A stretch of DNA of 64,000 bases from the human T2T-CHM13v2.0 reference genome, Homo sapiens. The position numbers were made by a program, and so were the translations under genes. Under the pieces are notes generated by a model. The model saw nothing but the letters and a program-made list of their open reading frames with translations. It searched no databases and was not told where the DNA came from. Location of the stretch: the NCBI RefSeq assembly GCF_009914755.1, contig NC_060927.1, one strand, 5' to 3'. How positions within the stretch are numbered: the first letter of the stretch is position 1; every line of letters starts with the position of its first letter. This document shows, piece by piece, positions 21,128 through 35,403 of the stretch.

Positions 21128-21432
21128 TTTTTTTTTTTTTTTTTTTTTTTTTGAGACAGAGGCTCACCCTGTGCTCAGTCTGGAGTACAGTGGCGCAATC
21201 TCGGCTCACTGCAACCTCTGCCTCCCAGGTTCAAGCGATTCTCATGCCTCAACCTCCCAGTAGTTGAGACTACAGGCACGCACCACTGCAGTTGGCTAAT
21301 TTTTGTATTTTTAGTAGAGATGGGGTTTCGCCATGTTGGTCAGGCTGATCTTGAACTCCTGATCTCAAGTGATCTGCCCACCTTGGCCTGTCAAAGTGCT
21401 GGGATTACAGGTGTGAACCAGCACTCCTGGCC
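21128..21432 (-). mobile_element. AluS (Sz/Sx-like)
   Basis: Poly-T plus reverse Alu. Degenerate TSD cacttcta/catttcta. Confidence 0.95.
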
Positions 21433-22299
21433 ATTTCTATTTCTAAAACTTTTCATCACATCATGTAGAAACTCTGTAACCATTATGAAAAAATTCTGCA
21501 TTCTCTCTCCCCTCAGGTTACCCTGGTAGCCTCTAATCTACTTTCTGTCTGTATCAATTTACCTATTAACTATTTCATATAAGTGGAATCATATAATGTT
21601 TTTCTTTTGTGTCTGGCTTATTTTTTGTAGCAGAATGTTTTCAAGGTCCTTCCATGTTGCAGCATATATCAGAGTTTCTTATCTTTTTAAGGCAGAGTCA
21701 TATTCCGTTATATTCATATTGTACATTTTGTTTATCCATTCATCTGCTAATGGTCATTTGAGTTGTTTCCACCTTTAGCTACTGTAATAATGCTGCAATG
21801 AATATTGATGTCTAAATATCTGTTGAAATCCCTGCTTTCTATGTCTTTGGTTATATACCCAGGAATGGAATTGCTGGTTCATATGGCAATTGCATGTTTA
21901 GTTTTTTGAGGAAGTGCCACACTAACTTCCATGGTGGTTGCATCGTTTGACTTTTCCACCAGCAATTTGTGAAGGTTCCAATTTCTCCATATCCTTGCCA
22001 ACATTTCTTGCTATTATTATTTTTTTAGATTATCCTTATAGATTTGAAAAAGTATATCGTGGTTTTGATTTGCATTTCTCTGACAATTGGTAATGCTAAG
22101 TATTTTCTTCTGTGCTTATTGTTCATTTGCATATACTCTGGAAAAATGTCTATTTAAGTTATTTCACCATTTTAAAATCAGGCTGTAGATTTGTTGTTGA
22201 CTTGCAGGAGTTCCTTCTGTGTTTTTGATACTAACCCCTTGTCACATATACGATTTTCAAATATTTTCTCCCCTTCTGTAGGTAGTCTTTTCACATATT

Positions 22300-22762
22300 C
22301 TTTTTTTAAAAAATTATTTCAACAGCTTTTGGGATACAAATTGTTTTTTCTTACATGGATGAATTATACAGTGATGCATTCTGAGGCTTTAGTGTACCGA
22401 GTAGTGTACATTGTACGTAATGTGTAGTTTTTTATCCCTAGCCCCCCACCACCCTCCCGTTTCTGAGTTTCTAAAGTCCATTATATCACTCTGTATGCCT
22501 TTGCTTACTCATAGCTTAGCTCTGACTTGTAAGTGAGGACATACAGTTTTTGGTTTTCCATTCCTGTGTTACTTTGCCTAGAATAATGGCCTCCAGCTCC
22601 ATCCAAGTTGATGAAAAATACATTATTTTGTTCATTTTAATGGCTGAGTAGTATTCCGTGGTGTATATATATCACATTTTCTTCATCCACTCATTAGTCA
22701 ATGGGCACTTAGGTTGGTTCCACATCTTTGCAATTGTCAATTGTGTGCTATAAACTTATGTG
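22300..22762 (-). mobile_element. L1PB1-like 3' end nested in the older L1
   Basis: aaagtccattatatcactctgtatgcctttg and agaataatggcctccagctccatccaagttg are L1PB 3'UTR phrases. The host L1 resumes at ~22765. Confidence 0.8.
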
Positions 22763-23999
22763 ACTTCATACTTTCTTAATAGTGTACTTTGATACACAAA
22801 AGTTTTCAATATCTGTGAAGCCCAATTTACATATTTTTCTATTAAATAACTGTCAGTGAAGCAGAAGTTAAGTAAAAAATGGCATTGGGAATTCTATTTT
22901 CTTCACTTTTGAGCAATATTATTTGAGGTTACTGTTCCATGTGCTTATCAAAAAACTTAAGGCCTGTGTTAAAGTAACCCATGGAAATGTCAGGCGGCTT
23001 CCCAACCAAGTAGTCATTCTTATACCTATTTTTTGTTCAACAAATTTAGTTATGTATAACAAGGGCTTAACACTGCATTAGGCATTGAAGGAAAACAAGA
23101 AATGGAGAGAGAAAAAATATGTAAGGTTTCAATGTACTTTGAGGGAGCCCACAGAAGAGCAGGAGAAAGATGGGAGTCAGGGGAACGGAGTGTGTTGTGG
23201 CCCAAATACTACAGATTTCTAGAGTTCTTACTGACATTTAGTCAGTTTTCTTGGGTAATTGTTTCTCTGTTTACTGTGTACTTCTAGGACAATGTTCAGA
23301 AATTTTAAATGATTTTTTTTTATGATTTCCACCAATTAAATCACTGTTATACTAGGGCAAGGGCCTGCCGAGTTCCTCATGCCTCCATTCTAGGAGCCCC
23401 ACCCCACTGTTGGTTGTTTCTAATATGTAGCCAAGTAAAATTGTCCTGCTTGTCATCATCTCTTAATTTCACACTCCTGATTTATTTCACCTCTCCTTCC
23501 CTTATTGAGGCTCTACATAGCATAGTCTTGAATTCAGTAGACGCTCATTCCTAGAGGCTTCCTATCTTGGCCATATTGCTCCCAACTTCTCCACTTCTAC
23601 TTTGCTTACTATTTGGATTTTGTTTTTCCCAGTTCCTCCACATCCTTCTTAAACTTATTTTTGACTCCCTAATTTACCCATAAGGGTAATGTAATGATAT
23701 CTGCTTTCATTATTCACAACTTAAATATATCATCATGTACCCTGTCAAAGAAGTCCCAAATCAGTTTTGTAAGATGAGCATCTTTCTGTTATCCGGAAGG
23801 GTTATAATTAAGGGTTTTAAATCCTTGAGTGAAGAAGAATATCACCCTAACTGCATAACAGTTAACTTGGCCTTCTAGTTGGTAATAATTTATCACCAAG
23901 CTAAAGGTGTTAATTTTTTTTGAAAATAGACACTTTTGCAGTAATTTTCCTTGTCTAACATTTTATGTCCAGTATCTTTAGAAAATATTTGCCAGTTAT

Positions 24000-24235
24000 G
24001 CTACGGTTTAATATTTTCTATCAAGTAGAAACATTCTTATGATTTGAATAAACCTAATAACAATGTTCACATAATAATTAACCTTCACAACAGCTCTATA
24101 AATCATATATTGTGCATCTTTTCTGATTAGGAAATTTAACTCTAGATCACTACCAAATTCTGCATATTGGTGGCAGAAATCTGTCTGAAGTCTCTCTGTA
24201 TTCAAAGCCTGTACTCTTAACCACGGTATTCTAAA
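24000..24235 (-). mobile_element. MIR fragment
   Basis: ttaaccttcacaacagctctat...ggaaatttaactctaga...gtggcaga...ttcaaagcctgtactcttaaccac. Confidence 0.6.
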
Positions 24236-24529
24236 GTGGTTGTTATGAAAACGCACTTGCCTTCAATATTATCGTACATTTACAAAATAGAGAATAAAGC
24301 CCATGTGCAAAGGCTCAGAGGGATAGGAAACAATCTGCATTATAGCAAATTGCTGATAAACCAAAACCAAGCAGTTTATAAGGTTGCTTCACATCAGACT
24401 CCTTCCTCAGAGACCCTAGATATTACCGCCAGTCTATGGAAACAAATTATTTTGGAAAATGTGATCATAGGACCACAATCAAGCAATGAATTAATTAAAC
24501 AATGTGTACCACAAGACACTATCTCTACT

Positions 24530-24810
24530 CTTGCTATTATCCTTGGCCCCTGCCCTCTTCATCTGGTAAGATATACTCTCTTCACATCTCACTTAAGACT
24601 CTCTCTCCAACAAGTCAGCTGTTCTGCTCCGGGTTTACTTCACTGTATCCACCTTTATGGTACTTGTCACATGACACTAGACTAGCTGTTTATTATTTTC
24701 ATGCCTTGACCTGACTGTGAGCTCTGCAAGGAAAATCCCTGAAAATTAGCATGTCACATTATAGGCATTCAACACAGAAAACTTCTTCAATAAACACATG
24801 AATAAAAATA
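24530..24810 (+). mobile_element. L2 3' fragment
   Basis: gactgtgagctctgcaagg...ataggcattcaa...atgaataaa resembles the L2 3' end. Confidence 0.5.
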
Positions 24811-25349
24811 TCTCCTCATGTTATTAACTGCTGAAGACAACTGCTATCTCTCCTTTCATGAGGTATAGAAACACTTGCAACTTATTCTCCTTTAGCCTGA
24901 TTTTTCTTGTAAGTTTTCTTCTTCCCTTCCCATGCTTCTATATCTGAGTAGTGAAGTTATTTGGCTTTATTTTGTCAAGTATCCCTTTCTACTTAAATAT
25001 AATGAAGAATGGAAATATTACAGACTTCGATTAGACTGTCTAGCTCAGCAGACTTTATCACCCAAAATATAAACTTAAATTTTTAATGATAAATGTGGAC
25101 TCTTTCCTCTCCTATACTTACTGTATATCCATTTGATTTGTTAAATAATTAGATTCTTAAAACCTTTCTTTTCTTCTTTTATCTTATTAGTTAGTAAGTA
25201 CTCATCATTTTTTTAGTCCAATAAACATTTATAAATGGCCATCATATGAAAAGTACTTTGGTTGGTGATGCTGGTGATAAAAAAGATAAATAGTATATAC
25301 ATTTGTTCTCCTGGGTCTTATTATCACAGGGGAACCAGAGAAGCATAAA

Positions 25350-25350
<1 letters not shown>

Positions 25351-25384
<34 letters not shown>
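25351..25384 (+). repeat. (CA)17 microsatellite
   Basis: Uninterrupted run read directly. Confidence 0.98.
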
Positions 25385-25387
<3 letters not shown>

Positions 25388-26466
25388 CAAGCTGATACAA
25401 ACTTTCTGAAAGACGGTCTTCCATAAAAGGAGAGGTCCTGTACTCTAACATCAATCATGCAATCTCTGACTCCTGATTCCATGCACAATCATGTTAGGAG
25501 AAATATATGATTCTTAGCTCCAGGGGGATGTGTCCTGAAAATATCATGACTCCAATGAAGGGAAGTGAAAGTCATTAGGCATGAAATGTTTACAAAAAAG
25601 AAGAGTGACGGACTAGATACTATGCTTTGGAGAGTGGAGAAGGGAAGGCACTCTCCTGTTTTGACATAAAATTTCATATACCTTCCTTTGTATAGGTAAC
25701 TGCATTTCCTCGACCAGGTATTATGAGAGCATTTAAAAAAGAATAACAATATCTGTATGCTTCTGACAAAATATACATAAATCTATACTTTACATCCTGC
25801 TTTAGATTAATTTAGTTCATGTTAAATTTCTCTGTTGCTTCAATTAACCCATGCTTTCATTTGGCTTTCAACCTAAATATTACTTGGACTTGGGTGAATT
25901 TAGCAATGATGCCAAGCTTTAATTTAGCTCATTTCCCTAATAATCCACTCCTCCATCTCTTCTGGGATCATACAGCAGAGCACCTGTAAAGACAGGTTTC
26001 CCAGCTTTACTTGCAGGATTCAGAGTAAGTCTTCTGCTTCAAGCTTTGGAAATATTAAAACCAGCCTGAGTCATTTCTTTAATATATACAGAATATTCAA
26101 AAACAGTTCTCAATTGAAATTTCTATTCAATGTAAATTGAGTCTTTCAACACTAAAACAAAACAGAACTAACTTTGAATGTTAAAGGCAGAAACCATCTT
26201 TCTACTGCTCTTGGTTTTCTTGGTTATCAGTTTAGTATTTTGAAGTTATACACAGCTTGTTACTCAGAATCAGAGCCTTATTATTTTTTGTTATTTTTTC
26301 CTTTCTAAAGCAGATCTCAAGCTTCATTTTCTTCTTTCGACATTTAAAGTCATAGTCCTTTCATTCAGCTTAATTGTCCTGATAAATCCTAAAAGTATTA
26401 GGAGAGTTTATTTTCCATGACATGGGAATTCTTAATGGATCTGACTTTCTTAAGAATTATTACATC

Positions 26467-27213
26467 ACCATCTCACACCAGTTAGAATGGCAATCATTAA
26501 AAAGTCAGGAAACAACAGGTGCTGGAGAGGATGTGGAGAGATAGGAACACTTTTACACTGTTGGTGGGTCTGTAAACTAGTTCAACCATTGTGGAAGTCA
26601 GTGTGGCGATTCCTCAGGGATCTAGAACTCGAAATACCATTTGACCCAGCCATCCCATTACTGGGTATATACCCAAAGGACTATAAATCATGCTGCTATA
26701 AAGACACATGCACACATATGTTTATTGTGGCACTATTCACAATAGCAAAGACTTGGAACCAACCCAAATGTCCAACAATGATAGACTGGATTAAGAAAAT
26801 GTGGCACATATACACCATGGAATACTATGCAGCCATAAAAAATGATGAGTTCATGTCCTCTGTATGGACATGGATGAAAGTGGAAATCATCATTCTCAGT
26901 AAACTATCGCAAGGACAAAAAACAAAACAGTGCATGTTCTCACTCATAGGTGGGAATTGAACAATGAGAACACATGGACACAGGAAGGGGAACATCACAC
27001 TCTGGGGACTGTTGTGGGGTGGGGAGAGAGGGGAGGGATAGCATTAGGAGATATACCTAATGCTAAATGATGAGTTAATGGGTGCAGCACACCAGCATGG
27101 CACATGTATACATATGTAACTAACCTGCACATTGTGCACATGTACCCTAAAACTTAAAGTGTAATAATAATAAAATAAAATGAAATAAAATAAAATAAAA
27201 ACCTAAAAAAAAA
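26467..27213 (+). mobile_element. Young 5'-truncated L1PA3-like element (~750 bp)
   Basis: 3'UTR diagnostics gcaaggacaaaaa, cactctggggactgttgtggggt and attaggagatatacctaatgctaaatga. Perfect TSD aagaattattacatc (26452-26466, 27214-27228) at a tt/aaga site. Confidence 0.96.
26487..26960 (+). pseudogene. L1 ORF2p C-terminal fragment (CCHC region), open but truncated
   Basis: [16 protein letters not shown]...MFSLIGGN* is the ORF2p C-terminus. There is no promoter, EN or RT. Confidence 0.92.
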
Positions 27214-28792
27214 AAGAATTATTACATCTTCGGCTTTGAGCTTCTTACTTTTCATTTCAGATTCACTCCCATTAGACTAATAAATAGTTTGTTTTTTGCC
27301 ATTGTTAAAAATCCAGAATTGGGCTTCTATGGAAAATCTCAGAGTTGAATATTGTTATCAGCAAATATTTAGCTGTATCTTGTTCCTTCTTGGCTTAGAA
27401 AGTCCTAAGGTGGTATTTCACTCTAAAAAAATACTCTTTAATTCATATGTTGCATTCCCATTTTTTATTTAATTGGGAATAAGTAGAATCCATCATCCAA
27501 TGTTTTTATGACTTCTATTATAAGTTTTTGTTTCAGACATATTTTGATCTATAATGTAAATAGAAGAATAATTTCACAGAAGATTGTAGCTTCCATTGGG
27601 TTAAGGAGAATCTAGATCCATCAAAGGCATACATAATTAATGGAAAAGAAATCTTCCCATGTATATTTCAAGGAAACTATTAGAAAAGTAAAATAGATGC
27701 TTAAAATTGATCATTATTTCATTTCTTCCCCACTCTGCCTCAAGTACAGGTTTCATTGTGTTGCTCATGCTTTAACCCAGAAATAGTAAACTTACCAATT
27801 TATGTGCATTTCCCAAATCTGTGGATTTTGCTAGACTGTCATATTATCACTATAATTAACCTCAGCCCCAGGTGACAAAGAGTTAGTAGAGATAAAGAAA
27901 ATTCACCCTCACACCCAATGGGTTATCCCTCATCCTTGAATCTTTGGTATTATCTATAGGGAATGCAATTTTTAATGTGAATCCCAGTTCTTCTCTTAAA
28001 GAAAGCATAATAACAAATAGCTATTTTAAAAAATATATTGCAGACTGGTTATCAACCTTTTAAAGGAATCCTTTGAGAATTTGAGAATGCTGAGTGATTC
28101 CCTTTCTTGCTTTGTGAAGCATGCATAATATACAGAATGCTGACGAGAAACTCTGCCAATCTGGCACCTCCAGATGGTTGGAAGATGGGAATTTATAAAT
28201 TGGATTGCTACCTTCTCCAAATATATCATACATTTCCTGGTCATTTTTTTCCCTATAATATGCCTCATTAAGTGAAAAGTTTTAAAGACAGTTGGATAAA
28301 TTGTGCATAAACTCGTATCCAGGTGCCCTGAATAACTTGTCTCCGCTTCTACATAATTCTAACTTAAACTTGAGGATTTTCTGAGGCCCTTGGACATTCT
28401 AGTTCTCTGAATCTTTGAGGCACTAATTAAACATGTGTGTGCTCTTAATAAACATTGAGGAATATTAGATCGACTTGAGAATATTAAGCTTATCTTCACA
28501 TGCAATGTCATTGAGTTTAAACCCTTTAATATTTTAATCTATCTTTCACATTGTAGCTATAATAGTAAATTCTGACCAACTTGCTTATTCTTACTTATGG
28601 GAATTTTATTTGCAGAAATGCAAAGGTAATCTCTGTTCTCTAGGCCACACATTCTGGTAGCAAATATAGGGTTTTTGTTAACAATTGCAAAACAGAATCT
28701 CTACAATCTACCTCCCACTCACTGAAATATACATTCTGCTGTCTTTTGTTTTTTATTGAATATTCTCTTACTGTATGATTCATGATAGCACA

Positions 28793-29036
28793 TCAGGACC
28801 AGAACCAGGCTCAAGCAAATGAGATATGTATATCATGCATAGAATTTAAGAAAGTAGTAAAATCTTATTAATCAAGCTGATTAATATCTTAATACAATTC
28901 CTTATTGCAATATTTTAAATTATCAAAAATAATGCAAAATTCATATTGTACAAAATATCATATTTTAAAATAAATATAGGGTCCAACTCTAATCATGCAA
29001 AATGCTGCCTCACATTTCTTACCTTAATTCTGGCTC
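28793..29036 (+). mobile_element. MER96B-like hAT relic
   Basis: Degenerate TIRs caggaccagaaccagg / ccttaattctggctc. Internal aatcaag...aatgcaaaat...caaaatatca...aaataaatatagg. Strand uncertain. Confidence 0.6.
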
Positions 29037-29839
29037 AATGGCAAAACATCTGCCTTCTTGTTTTCCTCAAATTGCACTGTAATGGCAAAAAGTTATTTTA
29101 AGTATGAAACAAAAACAATTATAAACAGAAAGGAGTGCAATTCAAGTTTTCAAATAGTTAAAAGGTAAATAGTCGACAAGATTAACTTTAAAGGAAAATC
29201 ACATTGAATTTCAGCCCAGACATAATATTTACGAGCTGAGTCCACAAATGTTCAGAGCTGAATCAACAAATACAAAGACAAAAATATTCAACAAATATCG
29301 AATGATCAAATGTAAAAAAAAAGAAAAAAGTTGATGTTAACAAATGTAAAGAGTAAGGGAAATCTGACAGAGAAGAGTTCATGCCAAACAATTGGGTATT
29401 TTTCCTCAATCATTTTAATCTAATCTAAGTTAATCTGTATTTCAATATGTCTCAGGAATGGGGTATTTTTATACTTAAAAATTGAAATCATAGAGAAGAA
29501 CATAAATAAGAGAGAGGGACCAGGATGAATAAACAGAATCATAAATGCTAAATAAAACAATAAAATAATTCAAGGAACAAAATCTTAACTTGATAGATGC
29601 TAGGAGATATTGCAGACATAAAAAGTAGGAATAGTGAAATGAAAAATAGCAAATAGAAAATAAGGAAAACATTTTTAAAACTAGTATTATAGTTGCCAAA
29701 ATCATTTAAGATAATTAACACATGGGTTGCATAAATACATTTTTAGAGTGGACATCTGAATTATTTATCTGGAATATAAATTCAGTCATATTCCCAGAAT
29801 CCAGATTATTGAGGCAAGAAGTACTTGCTAAGGTAATTT

Positions 29840-30215
29840 AAACTAGCTGCTATATAAAACCACTTTGCCTAAAATTCATCCCTTGCTAAAAGTCAGTGAG
29901 CACTTCTGGAAAGCTCTTCTTTAAGCACTGAATCAGAAATCAAATCGTTTTTCATCTTTCATTCAACATCTTTTGGCTTCCAAGGTGCACTGGCATCTGT
30001 CAGCCTTCAAATATGAAAGGAAAAGACAAATGAGATAGACCACTACCTACTTACACCAACTTGTACTGAAAGGGACACACATGCCCCAGTTAGCTTACTT
30101 TTGGCCAGAACTGGCCATATGGATCTTAACTACATGAAACGGGTGCTGGGAAATTATGCTTTACTGTATTCCAATGGAAAATAAAATGGTTTTGTAACTA
30201 TATGGGTTTTATCTG
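29840..30215 (-). mobile_element. MLT1 (J/K-like) MaLR LTR relic
   Basis: gaaagggacacacat...ttggccagaactggccatatgg...aactacatgaaacgggtgctgggaaat. Confidence 0.55.
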
Positions 30216-30687
30216 ACATTTTCTAACTAGATCACTTGCAACAGAAATTTAGAGGTACGAAGGGAAATATCTAAGTAATCCATCATCCATCTAATGGAAA
30301 TTCTAAATGGAGAGGAGCAAAAATAAATGAGGAGAAGAAATAATAAAAAAATAGAAAATAAGTGTTTGGAAATGAAGAAACAGTTATTTAATTGAGGTGG
30401 CATGTTGAATGGAAAGCAGGACTAATGAAGTATTATCCATATGTACACATATTGAATTTCCATTTCCTCAAAGATAAAAAGAAAATTCTAAAAGCTTTTA
30501 AATAAGAACAGAAAGTTATTTACACAGAAAACGTTATAGAAACAGCCATACACTGTCTTAACAACATTGAATACAGAAAATAATTTTAAAAGTCCTCAAT
30601 TCTGAGGGGGAAAAAAAAATCACCTTTAAACCTAGAGTTTCATCCCCAATCCAATATGAGGGCAAAATAAAGATGTTTTATTTATGA

Positions 30688-31022
<335 letters not shown>

Positions 31023-31165
31023 AAGTACATTTTAAAAACATATTCATCAGGATGTAATTTCAATGAAATTAAAAGTAATTTAACTCAGGGGTAACATGAG
31101 CTAAAATAAACAATGACAATTGAGCATAATGCAGAATGGGAATGCTAGCAAAAAATAAAGTGTAA

Positions 31166-31439
31166 TCTAACACACTGAAATACATATACAGTTCATACAC
31201 TCTAACACACTGAAATACATATACAATTCATACACTCTAACACACTGAAATACATATACAATTCATACACTCTAACACGCTGAAATACATATACAATTCA
31301 TACACTCTAACACGCTGAAATACATATACAATTCATACACTCTAACACACTGAAATACATATACAATTCATACACTCTAACACACTGAAATACATATACA
31401 ATTCATACACTCTAACACACTGAAATACATATACAATTC
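31166..31439 (+). repeat. 35-bp minisatellite, ~7.8 copies of TCTAACACACTGAAATACATATACAATTCATACAC
   Basis: Units start at 31166, 31201, 31236, 31271, 31306, 31341, 31376 and 31411 (partial). Only three substitutions within the array. Confidence 0.98.
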
Positions 31440-32896
31440 GAAATTTTGTAAGATGTGAGGCTGCATTTTCTTTTACATGGTTTCAACTACACAATTTCAT
31501 TATTGTATGAATGTGATGTACATGTACATAATCATAATATTATGAATACTATTATTGCTTTCTTTTTTGAAAATCAAAGTACCGACAAACCACAAATAAT
31601 TCAATGCTATTTAATGAAATAGAATGTATATTCTATAAACCTTGTAAATGTAAAATACAATATTTATAGTAATAGGAAGGGGGAAGAGAGATGAAAGAAA
31701 TAAAGTCCTTATTCCATTCTCTTTTATAGCACAAAATTAGTAGGTATTTTCAAAGCTTGATAAATCAAGAAATAAATATTAAATTTAGAATTTAATGCTA
31801 GAAGTGTCAATCTCTGAAAATAATAGTAATATATCCAACAATATTGGGATTAGAAGTTAGAAGGGAGAAAATGGGAAGGTGGGTAGTAACATATGAATGT
31901 TTTCTAAAGCAGGGAGATTGTAAAGCTTGTCTAGAAAACAATAATCAGGAATGAAGATATATATATACATCTTATATATATATATAATATAATCTTAAAA
32001 TGTTAAACATTTCTTAATCTTAAATGTTAAACATAATCTTAAAATGTTAAACAAAGAAAAACTAAATACAGACATATTTTCGGTATTTTGTTATCTAATG
32101 AATGGGGTTAAAGGAAAGACTTTAGTAAAATTTTATTTCCCTTTCAATGGTTAGTATTTTTAATATGTGAAAACATTAATTGTATACCTGTTAAATAAAA
32201 ATAAAATACCACATATATTATCCCAACATAAAGTAGTCCTCGGGAATTATATGCAATTTGCAGATTCTGTCAGGTTTCTCAGGAAGACGTGCTCAATTTG
32301 TAAATTTATGTGACCAGGGAATATTTATTAATAATGCCTATTTTTAACCATACGACACTGTGTAACTATAAGTGCTATATGGTTAAATGGTACTTATGGA
32401 AATTGTCTATTATTCTAAACTATCCATTTTTTAAGTATGCAGTGAAGAGAAACTCTTAGCTTGGTGCTTTAAAAGGTGAAACAGAACTTGAAAAAAAGTG
32501 AGGCAAACCACTGTGACATTAAAGCAGAGTGTGAAAAACAGCAGAAAACTAGTGTCCAAAGGGGAGGAATTTGAAAATCAGTGAAACTTGGAGTTTTGAG
32601 AAGTGCGGAAAAGACTTAGTGAAGCCCTGGAAGGGATACTGGAAGTGCTTTGCCTAAATATCACTGGTTGCTATAAATCTCAGTCTCAGGAACCAAGATC
32701 AGCTTTCTTTTCTAGGCTAATATTAAAAACTTGTTTATAAAAAATACATACATACATATATGTCAAAAGATTGTAATATTCACATTTCTGACAATATACA
32801 CAGCAAACATGTTATGATTATATCTTTCTGTGGTTTCTGTTTTTATCTTTGGCAAAAGATATACACTTCTGAAATTAAATATTTCAGATGTAAAGC

Positions 32897-33321
32897 TGTT
32901 GAAACTTTAAATTATTCGAAGCCTTGTGAGAAATGTGGCTATGTGGCCTGAGTCAGGTGGCATGCAGCTGCAACTTCTGCCTTTTGTTGCTGCAAATAAT
33001 TAGGAAGACCAAATGGTACCAGAGATGATACCCCTTCTGATCACTACTGTCCTCACAGAGTAATACAGTTATCTTTCTTGGAATGTAGCAACGTGTAACC
33101 AATAGAATTGCTGTAACATGCACTGGTCTTGTGTGGGAAATGTTGTAATCCTGCTAAAATTTATCTGTCTCTGCCTATATAAGTGAAACCTTAACTTCTT
33201 TATTTTGGAACACTGACCCAATTTGAGGTTGGTGCTTCACAGGTGATCACCCTCAAGCTTTGCCCTTCAATAAACTCTAAACTTAATCATATTTTCTGAA
33301 TCTTATTATTTAAGGTTAACA
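32897..33321 (+). mobile_element. LTR47-like solo LTR (ERVL)
   Basis: TG...CA termini, gcctgagtca...gcagctgcaacttctgcc, CCAAT, TATA, AATAAA and end ttatttaaggttaaca. Confidence 0.75.
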
Positions 33322-33770
33322 TACTTATTTTTTGTTTTCATTTTTACCTTCACAGATATTTATGGTTTTATAGCTGGTCCTTTTTGGGTTGCCAATTTAT
33401 TTTCTTACTGCATTTCATTAGGCTGGATTACTAAGGTTTGTTTTAAGGCTTTCTATAGGAATAAGTTTTTAAATTCCTTGTGAGTAGCTAAAAAGAAAGC
33501 TTTTATTAAAGTGTAACATTTTCAAATATATCCACGAATCAACCTTATTAGTCATTGTATTCAGACAATCTACTTCTTATTTTCATGATACATATAATAT
33601 GCTATGAGTGGATGCTTCCATTGTATTTCCGTCAATTTATCCTTGCAATATCTGAGATATCTGAGTTATTTATTTAAATCAATACATACTGTGATGATGA
33701 TAGATGGGTCCAAGTTGTATATATTACCTTTATCCTTTATCATTTTACATTATCTATTTTTATTTTGTTT

Positions 33771-34098
<328 letters not shown>

Positions 34099-35215
34099 TC
34101 GATTTTTATTTTATTTGATATTTTATGCCCCAAACAAACTTAATTGACTGTTTATCATATACCAACTATCTTGTTTAATATGTCAAGCATTTTTTAAAAT
34201 TAATTTTTAAAAATTAAAATTATTCTTTTAATCTTGAAATTTCTAAGATATATTTATTCAATATATGGGGTTAGTTTAAAATTTTCATCTATTAGAATTT
34301 TGTTATTTTAATGAGTACAAATTTTCCATTTATATTAATATAATATTTATATTTTGAATTAATTCTGCCTTTATTTCTTCTTTTAAAAACACTTTTATGT
34401 TTACATTGCTCTCTGCCATTTTACCATATAATTTTTTCTCCAGTTGTTTTGTGGTATGCTTTTGTTTGAATAAACATTTTTATTCCTGCTAATTTGTAAC
34501 ATAAGATTCCTTTTAGAACTTGTAATGGTTGCTGTTTTAATGGGAATGTTTTTAACCATCTAGTCTCTGATTTAGTAGACAGGATACATAGTCTTCATTA
34601 GGAGAGCTGAGAAAACTAGCACAGCCACATCAATCTCTCTTTTCCCTTTTTTAATTTATTGGTCTTATGTGGTTATTGTCTTACTTTCAGTTTTTTGTTA
34701 TTGTTATTACTGTTTTCTGTAGGTTCCTCTTATTAGTTTATATAATATACCTAAACCTCTGTTTCTTTCTTTTATTCAGTGTAAATATTATCTATTAACT
34801 TTTGGGTAAGGAAGATATGAAAACCAGCTCAATTACCTTTTTTTTCCTTTCTCCTGTCCACTTTGAGAATTTTTGTTGTTGTTTTTATATTATTGTTCAA
34901 ATTTATATTGTAAAGATAATAATTTGTGATATATTAAACAACATATTGCAGAATTGATTTCTTACTTGTTATACATTGTATTGCAGTGATTCTCAGCCAT
35001 GTCTACCAAGTGTTTTTCTCTCAACACTTGATGAGTGGACATCCACTCTAATTTGTGCATGTGTATGTGTGCATGTGTGTGGGTGTGTGTGTATCATAAT
35101 TTACCTCGTTGCTGTGGTTTTGAGCTGTTTCGATTTGAAGAAAATTACCTGACAATTTTATATGTGAATTACAACTTAACTATCTATAATATGCTTTTCA
35201 CATGGTTCGCCTTGA

Positions 35216-35403
35216 AACTGTTTCTCAAACTGAGCTACATGTTAGAATCAACAAGGGAGCTTTTAAAAGCCCAGGTTATACCCCAGAACAATTAAATCAG
35301 AATCTGTGGAACTGAGGAACACACACTAATTGATTTTTGTTTGTGTTTGTTTTCTCAATAACTCCTCAGGTGGTTCAGTGTTCAACTAGTTATCAAACCA
35401 GTG
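35216..35403. mobile_element. MER5 (A/B-like) hAT MITE
   Basis: gtttctcaaact...ttagaatca...ggagctttt...aattaaatcagaatct...caggtggttc...aaccagtg. Confidence 0.7.

Larger units (their letters stand above)
20925..22850 (-). mobile_element. L1MB/L1MC-like 3' end (antisense), with nested Alu and L1PB
   Basis: catttttaagtgtgcaattc, ctctaatctactttctgtct, aggaatggaattgctgg and gatttgcatttctc are antisense L1 3'UTR/ORF2-end phrases. Confidence 0.85.

Noticed and set aside
24236-24685. 149-aa ORF
   Set aside because: GTG start, overlaps MIR/L2 relics and has no recognisable domain.
31166-31439. CRISPR-like array (35-bp periodicity)
   Set aside because: Units are head-to-tail with no unique spacers, there are no cas genes, and the context is mammalian. 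It is a minisatellite.
31990-32053. Three copies of taatcttaaaatgttaaaca
   Set aside because: An ordinary slippage duplication next to an AT-rich tract.
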